From Minisyncoccota bacterium (GTDB taxonomy: Bacteria > Patescibacteriota > Minisyncoccia > Moranbacterales > GCA-2747515): a stretch of 49,885 nucleotides of DNA. The position numbers and the translations under genes were made by a program. The stretch covers positions 1-49,885 of the forward strand of contig JAHDCW010000001.1 of assembly GCA_020629675.1 (NCBI GenBank), written 5' to 3'. Shown one piece after another: positions 29,937 through 40,400 of the stretch. The notes beneath the pieces are model-generated. The model saw nothing but the letters and a program-made list of their open reading frames with translations. It did not search any database and had not been told where the DNA came from. How positions within the stretch are numbered: the first letter of the stretch is position 1; every line of letters begins with the position of its first letter.

Positions 29937-32027
29937 TCAAAAAGGTGACTCATAATTTAACCCCGTCTTAGACGAGGGCGCCATAGACTTGGACGGAGAT
30001 CCTCCAAAAATACCCCCATCTCTCTTCACATTACCCCTCTGATAAGCTCCGTAACGCACTTCACGATCTGAAAATGGCCACAACACTCCATAATTAAGAC
30101 CTCGAGAATCATTAATCCATACATTTTCAAAGTTATATCTTTCTGGACTAGCCGAATAAGTCAATCCTAGCGTTTTAGGACTTGCATCATTTATATATCG
30201 AGGATCGTGGCCGTATTCGACATTGCGCAGCATGAAGTCTTTGACTTTTAGACCAAGCCAAGCATGAGCTACAATTCCATTGGATGTGCCAAGCGCAGTT
30301 ACATTTTCAAAAAATAACTCACCTGGGACCTCGCCATAACCTTGGTTTTGGAAGAGGTCTCCATGAATACCCTCTGGTTTTCCTGTTTTGTATTCATCAG
30401 AATCATAGCCATCGTAACCAGCGCACCGCGTATTAACAACATGAAACTTACTTTTATCCTGCAATTCTTTCGCAAGATCTTTATTAGCTGATGAGCGACT
30501 ACCAGGACTTTGATTATGGCGCATAACAAAACAGTCAGCTTCCATGCCATTCATTTCAATTTTCACCCCCTCAACAAACGTCGTATCAGATTGTTCCAGA
30601 CGAATTGCAATATTACCCGGCAAGCGTGGATTGTAATTCTCACCTCTCAAGCCTTTGTTCGTAGCCTCGCCAACCCCGCACCCATTCTGAATAGCCAAAT
30701 CCAAGTCTAGACCCAAAAGATGTGCATTGCGCCCGCCCCTTATCCAAACAGGATACTTAAGCGGCCCAGAACCTTCTCCCATAACAACCTTTACGTCACG
30801 CTTAGGATCAACGGTAAACTGATAAATAAACCCCTCGCAACCATAACGACCATGATCTGCCATAAAAACAGGCTCCGTATCCTGCGATATCCTAATAATT
30901 TGAGGATTAGACAGATTTGGCGGCTTAATTGTATTACTCCATACAGCGGAAGGAGAAAAATCATTACCCTCCATACCCACGCTACTGCGAAAGATATAAT
31001 CAACTTTATTCCACTGACCGTTTGTCAGCTTATAGTTTAGACTTAGATAAACATCACGCTCAGGAGGTATCTCACCCACCAATACCTCTGTTATATTTGG
31101 ACTCAGACGCTGACTCTCAAAGTATTCACGCCCACCAAATGAGCTCCCAGCTCTTATAATCCACTCACTAACTAGTGTTTTATTTGCACTGAAAACTATT
31201 GCTTCTGAGCTAAAATCCACAACATCCCCATCTTTGTGACTGGTAATCTCAGGCACACTCACAACTTCAAAACTACCAACCTCAGATAAAGCTACTTCAC
31301 CGCTTTCACTAACTGATTTTACGCGATAAAAATAACGCGTATCTAACTTTAAATCTTTTAAAATATGCTGATGTTGCAGTAGCCCATTAGAGGATTCCTC
31401 GGAAGCCTGATTCAAAGAGTTTTGCGCAGTGCCATACAAGACAATCCCATTTGCATTAGCAGAAGTCGCCCATGACACTTCCGCAACTTCATCCACAATG
31501 TTAACTGCAGGTTGACCCTCTATCTCAAAAGCCTTTAAATCGCCACCGATCACCTCACCTACAGGAACATTATATGAAATCAAGCCCTCACAGTGAAGCC
31601 ATTCTGACTTCTTATTACCATCAGTACACCCTTGCCCGCGGGACCATGTACCAGTAGAGAATGTGGAGCTATGCTCTGTTTCGTACTTTTTCCCGTTCAC
31701 CTTAATATAATCAACTCTCACATCCTGCCTAGGCGCTTCATTGATATAAGAAACCGTTAGCTCACCTACCTCAAGAGATGACTTTGGGGTGAAGATATAA
31801 TTTTGATAGTCCTGAGAAAGCTGCCACTGTCCCATTTCTTTCTTATTAATCTCAAGAGAGATCCATTCATTACCTGATGTGCCTCGCGCCCTAATAAGAA
31901 CATCAGAAAACTGCGCATCTGCTACAGCGATTGCCTTGTGAGATATCAGCGCTGCGAGAAAAAGAGCTGCAAGAGTGATAAGTGTAGAGAGGAAACCTCT
32001 CTCTTCAGTTGTTCCTATAAAACGCAA
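29937..32027 (-). CDS. Secreted carbohydrate-binding protein: CBM60-like, Fn3-like and putative beta-helix domains
   Basis: Signal-like N-terminus; IRARGTSG...DVRVDYIKVNG...STGTW...SEWLHCEG (CBM60-like); VSW.T...YG...H..L..L...TRYFYRV (Fn3); GGRN...HGDLFQ. TTG start uncertain. Confidence 0.75.
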   Translation of the reverse strand: MRFIGTTEERGFLSTLITLAALFLAALISHKAIAVADAQFSDVLIRARGTSGNEWISLEINKKEMGQWQLSQDYQNYIFTPKSSLEVGELTVSYINEAPRQDVRVDYIKVNGKKYETEHSSTFSTGTWSRGQGCTDGNKKSEWLHCEGLISYNVPVGEVIGGDLKAFEIEGQPAVNIVDEVAEVSWATSANANGIVLYGTAQNSLNQASEESSNGLLQHQHILKDLKLDTRYFYRVKSVSESGEVALSEVGSFEVVSVPEITSHKDGDVVDFSSEAIVFSANKTLVSEWIIRAGSSFGGREYFESQRLSPNITEVLVGEIPPERDVYLSLNYKLTNGQWNKVDYIFRSSVGMEGNDFSPSAVWSNTIKPPNLSNPQIIRISQDTEPVFMADHGRYGCEGFIYQFTVDPKRDVKVVMGEGSGPLKYPVWIRGGRNAHLLGLDLDLAIQNGCGVGEATNKGLRGENYNPRLPGNIAIRLEQSDTTFVEGVKIEMNGMEADCFVMRHNQSPGSRSSANKDLAKELQDKSKFHVVNTRCAGYDGYDSDEYKTGKPEGIHGDLFQNQGYGEVPGELFFENVTALGTSNGIVAHAWLGLKVKDFMLRNVEYGHDPRYINDASPKTLGLTYSASPERYNFENVWINDSRGLNYGVLWPFSDREVRYGAYQRGNVKRDGGIFGGSPSKSMAPSSKTGLNYESPF

Positions 32028-32029
32028 AA

Positions 32030-35000
32030 TTAGATCCTACACATCATATCAACCCCTGTCTCAGCAAGGACACACTCACTTTTGATGAGCCCAAAGTCTA
32101 CCTTTGTTGTGTCGTCTCCACACTCTTCGATGTGAATCTGTGTGCGATTATCTGGATTTTTTGACGATCCTGAATCAAAGGAGATGATCATATCCTCGAT
32201 GTCTTTGTCATCGATCACAACCGTGTAGTACCCCACACCTATTGTGCGCAGCTCATATTTACCACCATCACTTGTTGTGTCACGGTCAATCGTATTACCC
32301 TCTCGATCTTTAAGCTTTACTTCAATACCAGACAGCGGCAAGTCTATATCAGGATCATACTTACCATTACAGTTCATATCCTCAAAGATCCGATTACCAA
32401 TTGTCGCCTCATCACCTTCGGCACACTGACCGAACTGGTTGTAGGCAAAATCATTATCATAAGATGCCGGATCTTCCTCTGTAATTGTCGTTTCTGTGAG
32501 CGCGTCAAGAATCTGATCAACATCAAATGACTGACTTAACTCTGCAGGAATATCCGTCTCATCGATGACGATGCGGTAGTCACCATATGGGAGGTTATCG
32601 TAATAGTAATTTCCATCTTCATCAGTCGTGGTCGTAAACAACACCTCGCCACCATTTTCTGTCTGGAAATAAATATTGATATCGACATTTGCAAGCGGCT
32701 CTTCACTGCTATCAAAATCATCATCACCATCCACATCAATCCAGAGAGTTCCTGCTACGACACCGTTACCAGTTATTACTTCTGCATCATCCTCATCTAT
32801 TGGTGCGGTTGGGTTTTCATAGTCAGTACCGTCCTCATCCGTAGGTGTGCCCGTTGTCTCTGCTATATTTACATGAATCAATCCAATTGGCACATCGATC
32901 TCCACAGTACACACGACCACCTCTTCGGGCGCTACAGGACCTGCAAGTGCTGGGCATGTGGCGGCATCAACCGTGAAATCATCTGTCTCATCCGTTGGTG
33001 TGCCATTGTCATCATTTACGACGATGTCCTTGAGGTGCGACTCACCTGTATTGGTAACCGTGTAGGTAAAGATGACTGGCTCTCCAATGTGCACATATCC
33101 ATCTCCGTCCGGTGCATCCCCAGCTGTTTTGACGATGTTGACACTTGATGATAGCGTGTCCACCTCAGCCTCATCTTCATCTGTTGGCATATGACCATCT
33201 GGCGTCTCGCCGGTAACACGCGCGTAGTTGATGAAATCTTCTGGCGCTGATTCAAGTGTGCACGTGTACGTTTCGCTAGCACCAGCAGCAAGGCTCGCAA
33301 ACGTGTTGTCACAATTTGGCGCATTTGGGTCCGACACAACCACATCTGTAAGCTCTACAGATCCAGTATTTCTGACAATAATCTGAAATGTCACAGCAGA
33401 TCCTTCTGGTAGCACAACCATCTCACCGTACTCACCAGTAGCTGGATCTAGCACTTGCTTATCAATCTCTACCCCATACGTTTGATGCTCAGCATCATCA
33501 TCATCTTCAGGCTCATTATCCTCCGGTGTCATACCAGTTACAGCAATGATATTGGTTAACGTCTGATCAGTAGCTATAGTTGTACATGTATATGTTTCAC
33601 TGCCGCCAACTGGAATTACCGCAAATGTGTTATCACAATCAGGAACAAGCGGATCAACAACATTGACGTTGGTAAGATCAACTGTACCAGTATTGGTAAC
33701 AACGATTTGGTACGTCACTGTATCCCCTACGGGAATCTCCACATCTTCCAAAAAATCACCAGTATCAGGATCTTGGACACGCTTATCTATATCAAGACTA
33801 TACACGTCAGCCTCTGCATCATCATCATCTTCTGGAGTATTACCATCCGGTGTTTCACCAGTTACGTCTGCGACATTGGTCAGAGCATCTTCTAATGGGT
33901 TGAGTGTACATGTGTAAGTCTCACTTGCACCTGCAGCTAGAGTCGCAATGACAGTATCGCAATTAGGAACTTGCGGATCAGAAACTGTTACATTTGTGAG
34001 CTCGACAGAACCAGTATTTGTCACGATAATCTGAAATGTCACTTCATCACCATCAGGAATTTCGGTATATTCCTCAAATTGTCCCGTAACAGGATTCAAC
34101 ACCTGCTTATCGATATTAATACCATATGTCTGATGTTCAGCATCATCATCGTCTTCCGGCTCATTAGACCCGGGCGTTTCACCAGTTGCTGTAACTGTAT
34201 TAGTTACCGTTTGATCTGTTGCTGTTGTTGTACATGTATAGATCTCTTGAGCACCTGCTGCGAGAGTTGCAAATGTATTATCACACGCCGGAACAGTCGG
34301 ATCGACTACCTCAACATTTGAGAGATCAATACTACCTGTATTGACGACTCTAATCTGATACGTTACCGTGTCCCCCACAGGAATCTCAGTATCTTCGACG
34401 AAATCCCCAGTTATTGGATCTTGCACTAACTTCTCAATAGCTAAACCGTACACACCTGCTTCCGCGTCGTCATCATCTGTCGGCATATTACCCTCTGGTG
34501 TTTCACCTGTTGCGCGCGCTATGTTTACAATTGCATCATCAAGCGGATTAAGCGTACACGTATATGTCTCTGTTGCACCCGCTGCGAGAGTTGCAAACGT
34601 GTTATCACAATTAGGAGCATTTGGATCAGTCACCTCCACATTTGCAAGGTCTACGGAGCCAGTATTTGTTACGGCGATTTGGAACATCACCTCTTCACCA
34701 GTCGGGATCTCCGTGTAATCAAGATAAGAATCAGTACCAGCATCGTATACTAATTTTTCTATTTCGATACCATATGTCTGGTGCTCAGCATCATCATCAT
34801 CTTCCGGTTCGTTAGCATTTGGTGTTTCACCAGTTGCAGTTGCTGTATTTACAACTGTTTGATCTGTTGCCGTTGTCGTACACGTGTACGTTTCACTAGC
34901 TCCAGCTGTGATCGTCGCAAACGTATTATCACAATCAGGAACAAGCGGATCAGTCACATTTACATTTGTGAGATCTACAGTACCAGTATTGGTAACTATA

Positions 35001-38000
35001 ATCTGATACGTCACTGTATCTCCCACCGGTATTTCTGTGAACTCTACAAAATCTCCCGTATTCGGGTCCTGGACACGCTTATCGACAGTCAAGCCATAAA
35101 CATCTGCCTCCGCATCATCATCATCGTTTGGATTGTTACCTCCTGGCGTCTCACCTGTTACGCTAGCAGTATTTACAAGGTTATCACCGAGGGAGACCAT
35201 TTCACACGTATAGGTTTCACTTGCACCTGCTGCGAGAGTTGCAAATGTATTGTCACAATCAGGCACTTGCGCATCTGTTACTGTGACATTTGTGAGATCC
35301 ACGGAACCTATATTTGTCACAACAATCTGATACTGAGCTGTATCGCCCACTGGCACCTCCGCATAATCTACATATGTGTCTGTTGCTGGGTCATAGACGA
35401 GTTTTTGGATTTCAACACCGTATGTCTGCGCCTCTGCATCATCATCATCGTCTGGCGTGTTACCGTTTGGTGTCTCACCCTCTGCTTCGGCTGTGTTGGT
35501 AAATGGTACCAGCACCTCAGCATAGGTACATGTATATGTTACAGAGTCATCAAAAGGAAGTGATGCAATAGTCGTATTACACGCCGGAACAGTCGGATCA
35601 GTCACGCTAACATTTGTCAGATCTACAGTTCCTGTGTTGCGCACTGTGATCTGATATGTTGCTGGATCACCCACTGGGATCTCTGCCACCTCTACAAAGT
35701 TGCCGGTTGCAGGATCTTGAATCAACTTTTCAATTTCAATACCAAACGTCTCCACATTTGCATCATCACTATCATCAATCTCAGAACCAGACGCTGTCGT
35801 ACCAGTCGAAGTTGCCACATTGGTGTAAGCCCCATCAATTGCAACATCACACGTGGTAACGATTACCTCCCCAGGTTCAAATGGGTCGGCTCCGGATACA
35901 CCCAGTGCAGTCGTGTCCTGACTACATGAGGGAAATGTATCATCATCAAGCTCTAATTGCTCAAACGCTGTTGAACCAGTATTTGTAATAGTGAAACGAA
36001 AAGTTGCATCGTCATCAAGTGCAATCTCAGCCGCAGCTACATCAAGCCACTGATCAAGTAGCGGGTCATAAACTTCCTTGAGGATGCTAATGTCAAAGAG
36101 AGGTGCAGATGCATCATCATCGTCGTCAACTGGGTCCTGACCATCAGTAGGATCTCCTGTTACAGATGCGGTGTTAGGATTCACATCAGCTGTAATCGTC
36201 CCAGTACACGTGTATGTATAGATCTGCCCAGGATCGAGCACGCCATCGTTCGCACCATTTTGATCAGGTAGCGTGAGATCACAGTTTGGCAAATCAGGAT
36301 CCGTTACTGCGACATTATCAAGAGCTACCTCACCTGTGTTTGTCACCACCATCTGATAGGTAAGCTCTGTGCCAGGTGCCTGCTCCGGGATGGTATCCAC
36401 AAAATCTCCCGTGTCGGGATCTTGCACACGCTTATCGATATTTATGCTAACAGGAGGTTGATAGAAACCAAAGTCTACTGTGAGATTATCATTGGCATCA
36501 GCTGCATTTCTACTTATACCATTATCAACATCAATACTGTCAATTTCTTCTTGTAGAGGCTCCGTACCGATATCTAGAGTCAAAATACCAGACTCGTAGT
36601 CACCTGCACCCGTTGGAATAGCATCATGATTTTCTGTTTCATTATCATCATCATTTGGGTCTGTGCTTGGGTTAACTGATCCAACATATGTATAAAGCGC
36701 ACCACCCGGCAGGAAATTTGATGCCAGCACACGCACTCTATAGTCACCAGTAAATGCAATGTTCTGAAAAACATACCGACCATTACCATCTGTTGTTGCT
36801 GTATCTATAACTGCACCATCTGATTCGCGAACGAGCTCCAGGTCAACCCCAGCCAGCTTTGTATCCCCTGTATCAAATAGATCATTTCTATTTGCATCAA
36901 TAAACACGAGATCCCCAATCGATGCTGTGTACACCTCAGTGTACACCGGGTTTGATCGCGCTGGTAACGACAATATGCTTGGAGGCACTTTTACACTGTA
37001 GTCATTTGCATAGAAATCGCCAGGAGTATTAGCATCTGTGCTGATTGTCACTCGAAACGATTGCTTGCCAGCACCGGGCGTTGCCGGAACAGTTGACGCA
37101 TCTCCTGCAAATAAGTTTTCTCCATAAATTCGAAATGAAGTTGCATCAGATAATCCCGTTGGACATCCTGGTGATCCAAGTGCTGGTGCTCCATATGGAT
37201 CTAGAGCTGTGTCATCTGTGCACCACAAAGTACTTCCTCCTGGGATAGCATTAGTTGGATCTGATGAATCTGCTGTAATCGTAGCAGGATCAGCATTTGT
37301 GAGATAGAGCGCATATGGCTGATTACTAGGATCTGCCGTAATCGAAAGAATCTCAAATCCACCAGTAAAATCAGATGGCGTAGTACGCGTATCGCCATTA
37401 AATGGCAACGTATCAATTAAGTCATACCAATCTACATCATCATTAGCAATATTAGCAAATACAAGCTCATATGTAATGTCTTCATTAATGAATATGAGCG
37501 TGTCCTCTACGCGCTTAACTACTGCAAATGCTCCTAGCTGAATAATTACTATACCATCTGTGTCACTTCTCGCTGATTCTATTGCGGAATCCTCAGGGTC
37601 AGAAATGATCGCGGTATTTTCAATATTTGTACCATTCGCAGCATCAATTGGCGTTGTCGTAACAAAACTAAGCGTTGGCAAATTTGTACGATCGAGCTCA
37701 ACAACTCCCAGAACCCACTTTAGACCCAAAACATCAGACCCAAGCACTGGCTCTGTCGTCGTCCAATGACTTGCATCATCTCGGTCACATGGCGCCACAA
37801 CACAATACTCCACTAAATGAGTCGCTCCATTATCATCAATAAAGCTAGCAGGCATCGCAGAACCGGTTACGTAGGTCAGCGTTGAGTCAAGCACATCTAC
37901 TATTTGCACATCCTGAGCAGGATCACCCGGCTCACCGCTAATGGATGTAACAGTTGGCCTCAGATTCCATGTAACATCAGTTCCTCCTAAATGATTAGCT

Positions 38001-40270
38001 CCAGAACCAGGCTGCGCCTCAAGAGCCTCCTTTTCTATACGTACCTGAAGATTTGTCGCAAATAGACGGTCACCATTACCCACCCCAGAATGCGTCTCTG
38101 GATTATAATTTCGCGCACCCTGTCGGAGAATATCATCCTTATCAATAAAGCTATAGTAGGCTTGATTTGCTATCTCTGTACCCAAGGCAAGCCCCGGTTG
38201 AGCCTCATGCATCACATAAGCTTGAAAATATTTTCCAGCTGGCAAAATAGACCGTTCTTTCCACGGCAAATTTGGGTCGATATCAGGATGTTCGATTCTG
38301 ACACGAAATTTAGTAATATCATCCACAGCTACTCCAGCTGGCAATACCGCACTCAAATCGCCGAACTCAGGCACTTGAATCCAGTCGTCACCATCACTAT
38401 TACCATCACCATTAATATCAAGCGCATCACTGTCGTCACATGTACCATTTCTTTGAGCAGTCCAGCCAGCTGTATTAGCACCTCCCCAATTCCCGGGAGC
38501 CCCCCCATCAACTCCAGCAGCAACTTCCAAGACAACATTTGCGGAAGTTATATTTGAGTAAGTTTGGTCAACATTTGAACCTCCCACTCGTATGTAATGC
38601 ATGCGATTTGTCTGACTACTTGGCGAAAGGAAAAAGGTAGTCGGATCAATCTTATCACACATATACGCCTCGCGATTCGTGTATACGGATGTGTTATTCA
38701 AAGACACTAAGGTAGACCACTGACTTCCCGCCATAGCTTGACCATTACCAGCTCCGACACCAGTTGCATTTGTTGGGGCCGTCCAATACCTTGCATCTGG
38801 ATCATCATAGACCTCCCCAGGAACTCCCTTTCTATAATACTTACTCCATCCCGTGCCCCCACCGATTGCTGTAAATTCTAGCGTGTTTTTGCGATCACCT
38901 GTATTTTGATCATCCTCAGTTGGCTCTGTACCACTACCATAATTTGAAAGTCCATCCGTGTCAGTCGGATCAAAATTGGTTAGCGTGTCCGATGTTGGAT
39001 ATTCACCATCATCATCAGTTCCCTCTATACCATCAGGTCCAAGTTCAATCTGTTCAATCGGAATCCAAATTTCAAGCCAGCCAGAACTAAACCATGTTTG
39101 ATCCGCGGCAATAGCACCACCTGTCCAGTGAGTGTCCGGGAACTCATCTGGTCCCCAATCAGCGTTTGTGATTGTGACATCAATGTTAGTACCTGTTTGT
39201 GTGCAAGAATAATTACCGGAGTCACTTGTCGATCTGTACTGCCCCCATATATCCGCTTTACCCAATGGCACAGCACCATAATCAAGACTGTTTTGTCCTG
39301 CGTATCCACATCCGCCATGTGCACCCCAGTCATAAAGAAGTGATCCCGCTGGAAAACCGGAAATATCATCCGTAAAGGTGACAACATTTGGATCAATTAC
39401 TCCATTACCATTAGCATCATCTCCAGGATCGATGACACCATCTCCATTTTCATCATAATCTCCAAGAATAGATAATCCACGAGGATCCCCGCCGCCCGCA
39501 ACAATACCTGTCCTAATGCCGTAAACGACACCTATCTGATCCTCTCCTGTCGTATTTCGTGGATCAGATGCTGGTAGTACACGCGGTGTATTACGAGATG
39601 CACCATGTTTCCAAAGATCATAACGCGGCGCAGAAGCATTAGTGATAGGATCAGAAAAGAAAGGATCGGTTTCAACAACGATATCATCATTATCGTCAAG
39701 GTCACAGACCGTGTACTTAATGCCAAAGCGCGTCCCATTTGGAACCGACCCACTTGTTTTAACCTCAGCATTAATAAAGGCAGTGGTACCGTTAAGTACG
39801 GAACCAATACTACATGTCAATGTTTGATTGTCTGGCCCTGTATTACCTGAACAACCAGGAGGTAACTGCACAAACTGCACTCCCTCATGAGCGGGATTAC
39901 CCGTAGGATTGCCTGCAGCATCAAACTCCACCAACTCAGCTTTAAGAGTTAGGTTATTAGCATCCTCCCCATTGACGTTGTATTCAAGTTTAAACGTAGA
40001 GACATCATTTGACCGTGCATAATGCCCAAATCCTAAAAATCCATCCTCCTGCGCAGGCGAGCCATCCTCACCAGGATCCACCAAACCATCCCCATCGTAG
40101 TCCACAAAGGGTGCAGAACCAGAACTTACAATTGTCATATTTGAATCAACGGTTGGCGCAGCGTAAGCGATGTATGGGACATGTTGAAGCACAAAAGCAA
40201 AACACAAAAGCGACAACAAAAAAGATTTTGCTTTTTTTCGCACTTTTTGGGGGAAACAAAAAGAATGCAT
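32030..40270 (-). CDS. Giant 2746-aa acidic surface adhesin-like protein (DUF11-like Ig repeats, three SdrD-B domains, C-terminal LAETG)
   Basis: Signal peptide ending AYA; eleven repeats of about 107 aa; SdrD-B motifs SIGDLVFID, VAGTLWID and TIGNRIFED. Confidence 0.9.
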   Translation of the reverse strand: MHSFCFPQKVRKKAKSFLLSLLCFAFVLQHVPYIAYAAPTVDSNMTIVSSGSAPFVDYDGDGLVDPGEDGSPAQEDGFLGFGHYARSNDVSTFKLEYNVNGEDANNLTLKAELVEFDAAGNPTGNPAHEGVQFVQLPPGCSGNTGPDNQTLTCSIGSVLNGTTAFINAEVKTSGSVPNGTRFGIKYTVCDLDDNDDIVVETDPFFSDPITNASAPRYDLWKHGASRNTPRVLPASDPRNTTGEDQIGVVYGIRTGIVAGGGDPRGLSILGDYDENGDGVIDPGDDANGNGVIDPNVVTFTDDISGFPAGSLLYDWGAHGGCGYAGQNSLDYGAVPLGKADIWGQYRSTSDSGNYSCTQTGTNIDVTITNADWGPDEFPDTHWTGGAIAADQTWFSSGWLEIWIPIEQIELGPDGIEGTDDDGEYPTSDTLTNFDPTDTDGLSNYGSGTEPTEDDQNTGDRKNTLEFTAIGGGTGWSKYYRKGVPGEVYDDPDARYWTAPTNATGVGAGNGQAMAGSQWSTLVSLNNTSVYTNREAYMCDKIDPTTFFLSPSSQTNRMHYIRVGGSNVDQTYSNITSANVVLEVAAGVDGGAPGNWGGANTAGWTAQRNGTCDDSDALDINGDGNSDGDDWIQVPEFGDLSAVLPAGVAVDDITKFRVRIEHPDIDPNLPWKERSILPAGKYFQAYVMHEAQPGLALGTEIANQAYYSFIDKDDILRQGARNYNPETHSGVGNGDRLFATNLQVRIEKEALEAQPGSGANHLGGTDVTWNLRPTVTSISGEPGDPAQDVQIVDVLDSTLTYVTGSAMPASFIDDNGATHLVEYCVVAPCDRDDASHWTTTEPVLGSDVLGLKWVLGVVELDRTNLPTLSFVTTTPIDAANGTNIENTAIISDPEDSAIESARSDTDGIVIIQLGAFAVVKRVEDTLIFINEDITYELVFANIANDDVDWYDLIDTLPFNGDTRTTPSDFTGGFEILSITADPSNQPYALYLTNADPATITADSSDPTNAIPGGSTLWCTDDTALDPYGAPALGSPGCPTGLSDATSFRIYGENLFAGDASTVPATPGAGKQSFRVTISTDANTPGDFYANDYSVKVPPSILSLPARSNPVYTEVYTASIGDLVFIDANRNDLFDTGDTKLAGVDLELVRESDGAVIDTATTDGNGRYVFQNIAFTGDYRVRVLASNFLPGGALYTYVGSVNPSTDPNDDDNETENHDAIPTGAGDYESGILTLDIGTEPLQEEIDSIDVDNGISRNAADANDNLTVDFGFYQPPVSINIDKRVQDPDTGDFVDTIPEQAPGTELTYQMVVTNTGEVALDNVAVTDPDLPNCDLTLPDQNGANDGVLDPGQIYTYTCTGTITADVNPNTASVTGDPTDGQDPVDDDDDASAPLFDISILKEVYDPLLDQWLDVAAAEIALDDDATFRFTITNTGSTAFEQLELDDDTFPSCSQDTTALGVSGADPFEPGEVIVTTCDVAIDGAYTNVATSTGTTASGSEIDDSDDANVETFGIEIEKLIQDPATGNFVEVAEIPVGDPATYQITVRNTGTVDLTNVSVTDPTVPACNTTIASLPFDDSVTYTCTYAEVLVPFTNTAEAEGETPNGNTPDDDDDAEAQTYGVEIQKLVYDPATDTYVDYAEVPVGDTAQYQIVVTNIGSVDLTNVTVTDAQVPDCDNTFATLAAGASETYTCEMVSLGDNLVNTASVTGETPGGNNPNDDDDAEADVYGLTVDKRVQDPNTGDFVEFTEIPVGDTVTYQIIVTNTGTVDLTNVNVTDPLVPDCDNTFATITAGASETYTCTTTATDQTVVNTATATGETPNANEPEDDDDAEHQTYGIEIEKLVYDAGTDSYLDYTEIPTGEEVMFQIAVTNTGSVDLANVEVTDPNAPNCDNTFATLAAGATETYTCTLNPLDDAIVNIARATGETPEGNMPTDDDDAEAGVYGLAIEKLVQDPITGDFVEDTEIPVGDTVTYQIRVVNTGSIDLSNVEVVDPTVPACDNTFATLAAGAQEIYTCTTTATDQTVTNTVTATGETPGSNEPEDDDDAEHQTYGINIDKQVLNPVTGQFEEYTEIPDGDEVTFQIIVTNTGSVELTNVTVSDPQVPNCDTVIATLAAGASETYTCTLNPLEDALTNVADVTGETPDGNTPEDDDDAEADVYSLDIDKRVQDPDTGDFLEDVEIPVGDTVTYQIVVTNTGTVDLTNVNVVDPLVPDCDNTFAVIPVGGSETYTCTTIATDQTLTNIIAVTGMTPEDNEPEDDDDAEHQTYGVEIDKQVLDPATGEYGEMVVLPEGSAVTFQIIVRNTGSVELTDVVVSDPNAPNCDNTFASLAAGASETYTCTLESAPEDFINYARVTGETPDGHMPTDEDEAEVDTLSSSVNIVKTAGDAPDGDGYVHIGEPVIFTYTVTNTGESHLKDIVVNDDNGTPTDETDDFTVDAATCPALAGPVAPEEVVVCTVEIDVPIGLIHVNIAETTGTPTDEDGTDYENPTAPIDEDDAEVITGNGVVAGTLWIDVDGDDDFDSSEEPLANVDINIYFQTENGGEVLFTTTTDEDGNYYYDNLPYGDYRIVIDETDIPAELSQSFDVDQILDALTETTITEEDPASYDNDFAYNQFGQCAEGDEATIGNRIFEDMNCNGKYDPDIDLPLSGIEVKLKDREGNTIDRDTTSDGGKYELRTIGVGYYTVVIDDKDIEDMIISFDSGSSKNPDNRTQIHIEECGDDTTKVDFGLIKSECVLAETGVDMMCRI
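32780..36460 (-). repeat. Eleven tandem Ig-like coding repeats of about 320 bp
   Basis: Recurrent I(E/D)K...YQI.VTNTG..DL.NV.V.DP..P.C...Y.C...N.A...G......DDDDA. Boundaries approximate. Confidence 0.85.
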
Positions 40271-40335
40271 AATAATATATTGGGGAAATAATATATTAAT
40301 TATACCTCAGTTTTATAGCCTCTCGAGACGAAGAG

Positions 40336-40344
40336 TTGTCCACA
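40336..40344 (+). promoter_or_regulatory. DnaA-box-like TTGTCCACA (one mismatch) upstream of the giant adhesin gene
   Basis: 66 bp upstream of ATG 40270; TATAAT at 40304-40299 (minus). Confidence 0.45.
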
Positions 40345-40358
40345 GATATATGCGCATC

Positions 40359-40390
40359 AAAAAAACACCCACATCATGTGGGTGTTTTTT
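40359..40390. terminator. Intrinsic terminator
   Basis: AAAAAACACCCAC/GTGGGTGTTTTTT perfect inverted repeat. Confidence 0.85.
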
Positions 40391-40400
40391 ACTCCTACCT

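Noticed and set aside
32025..32040. Stop readthrough or simple frameshift fusing the adhesin to the CBM60 gene
   Set aside because: The adhesin frame hits TAG four codons after the TAA, the CBM60 frame has a TAG at 32039-32037, and the CBM60 gene has its own signal-like N-terminus.
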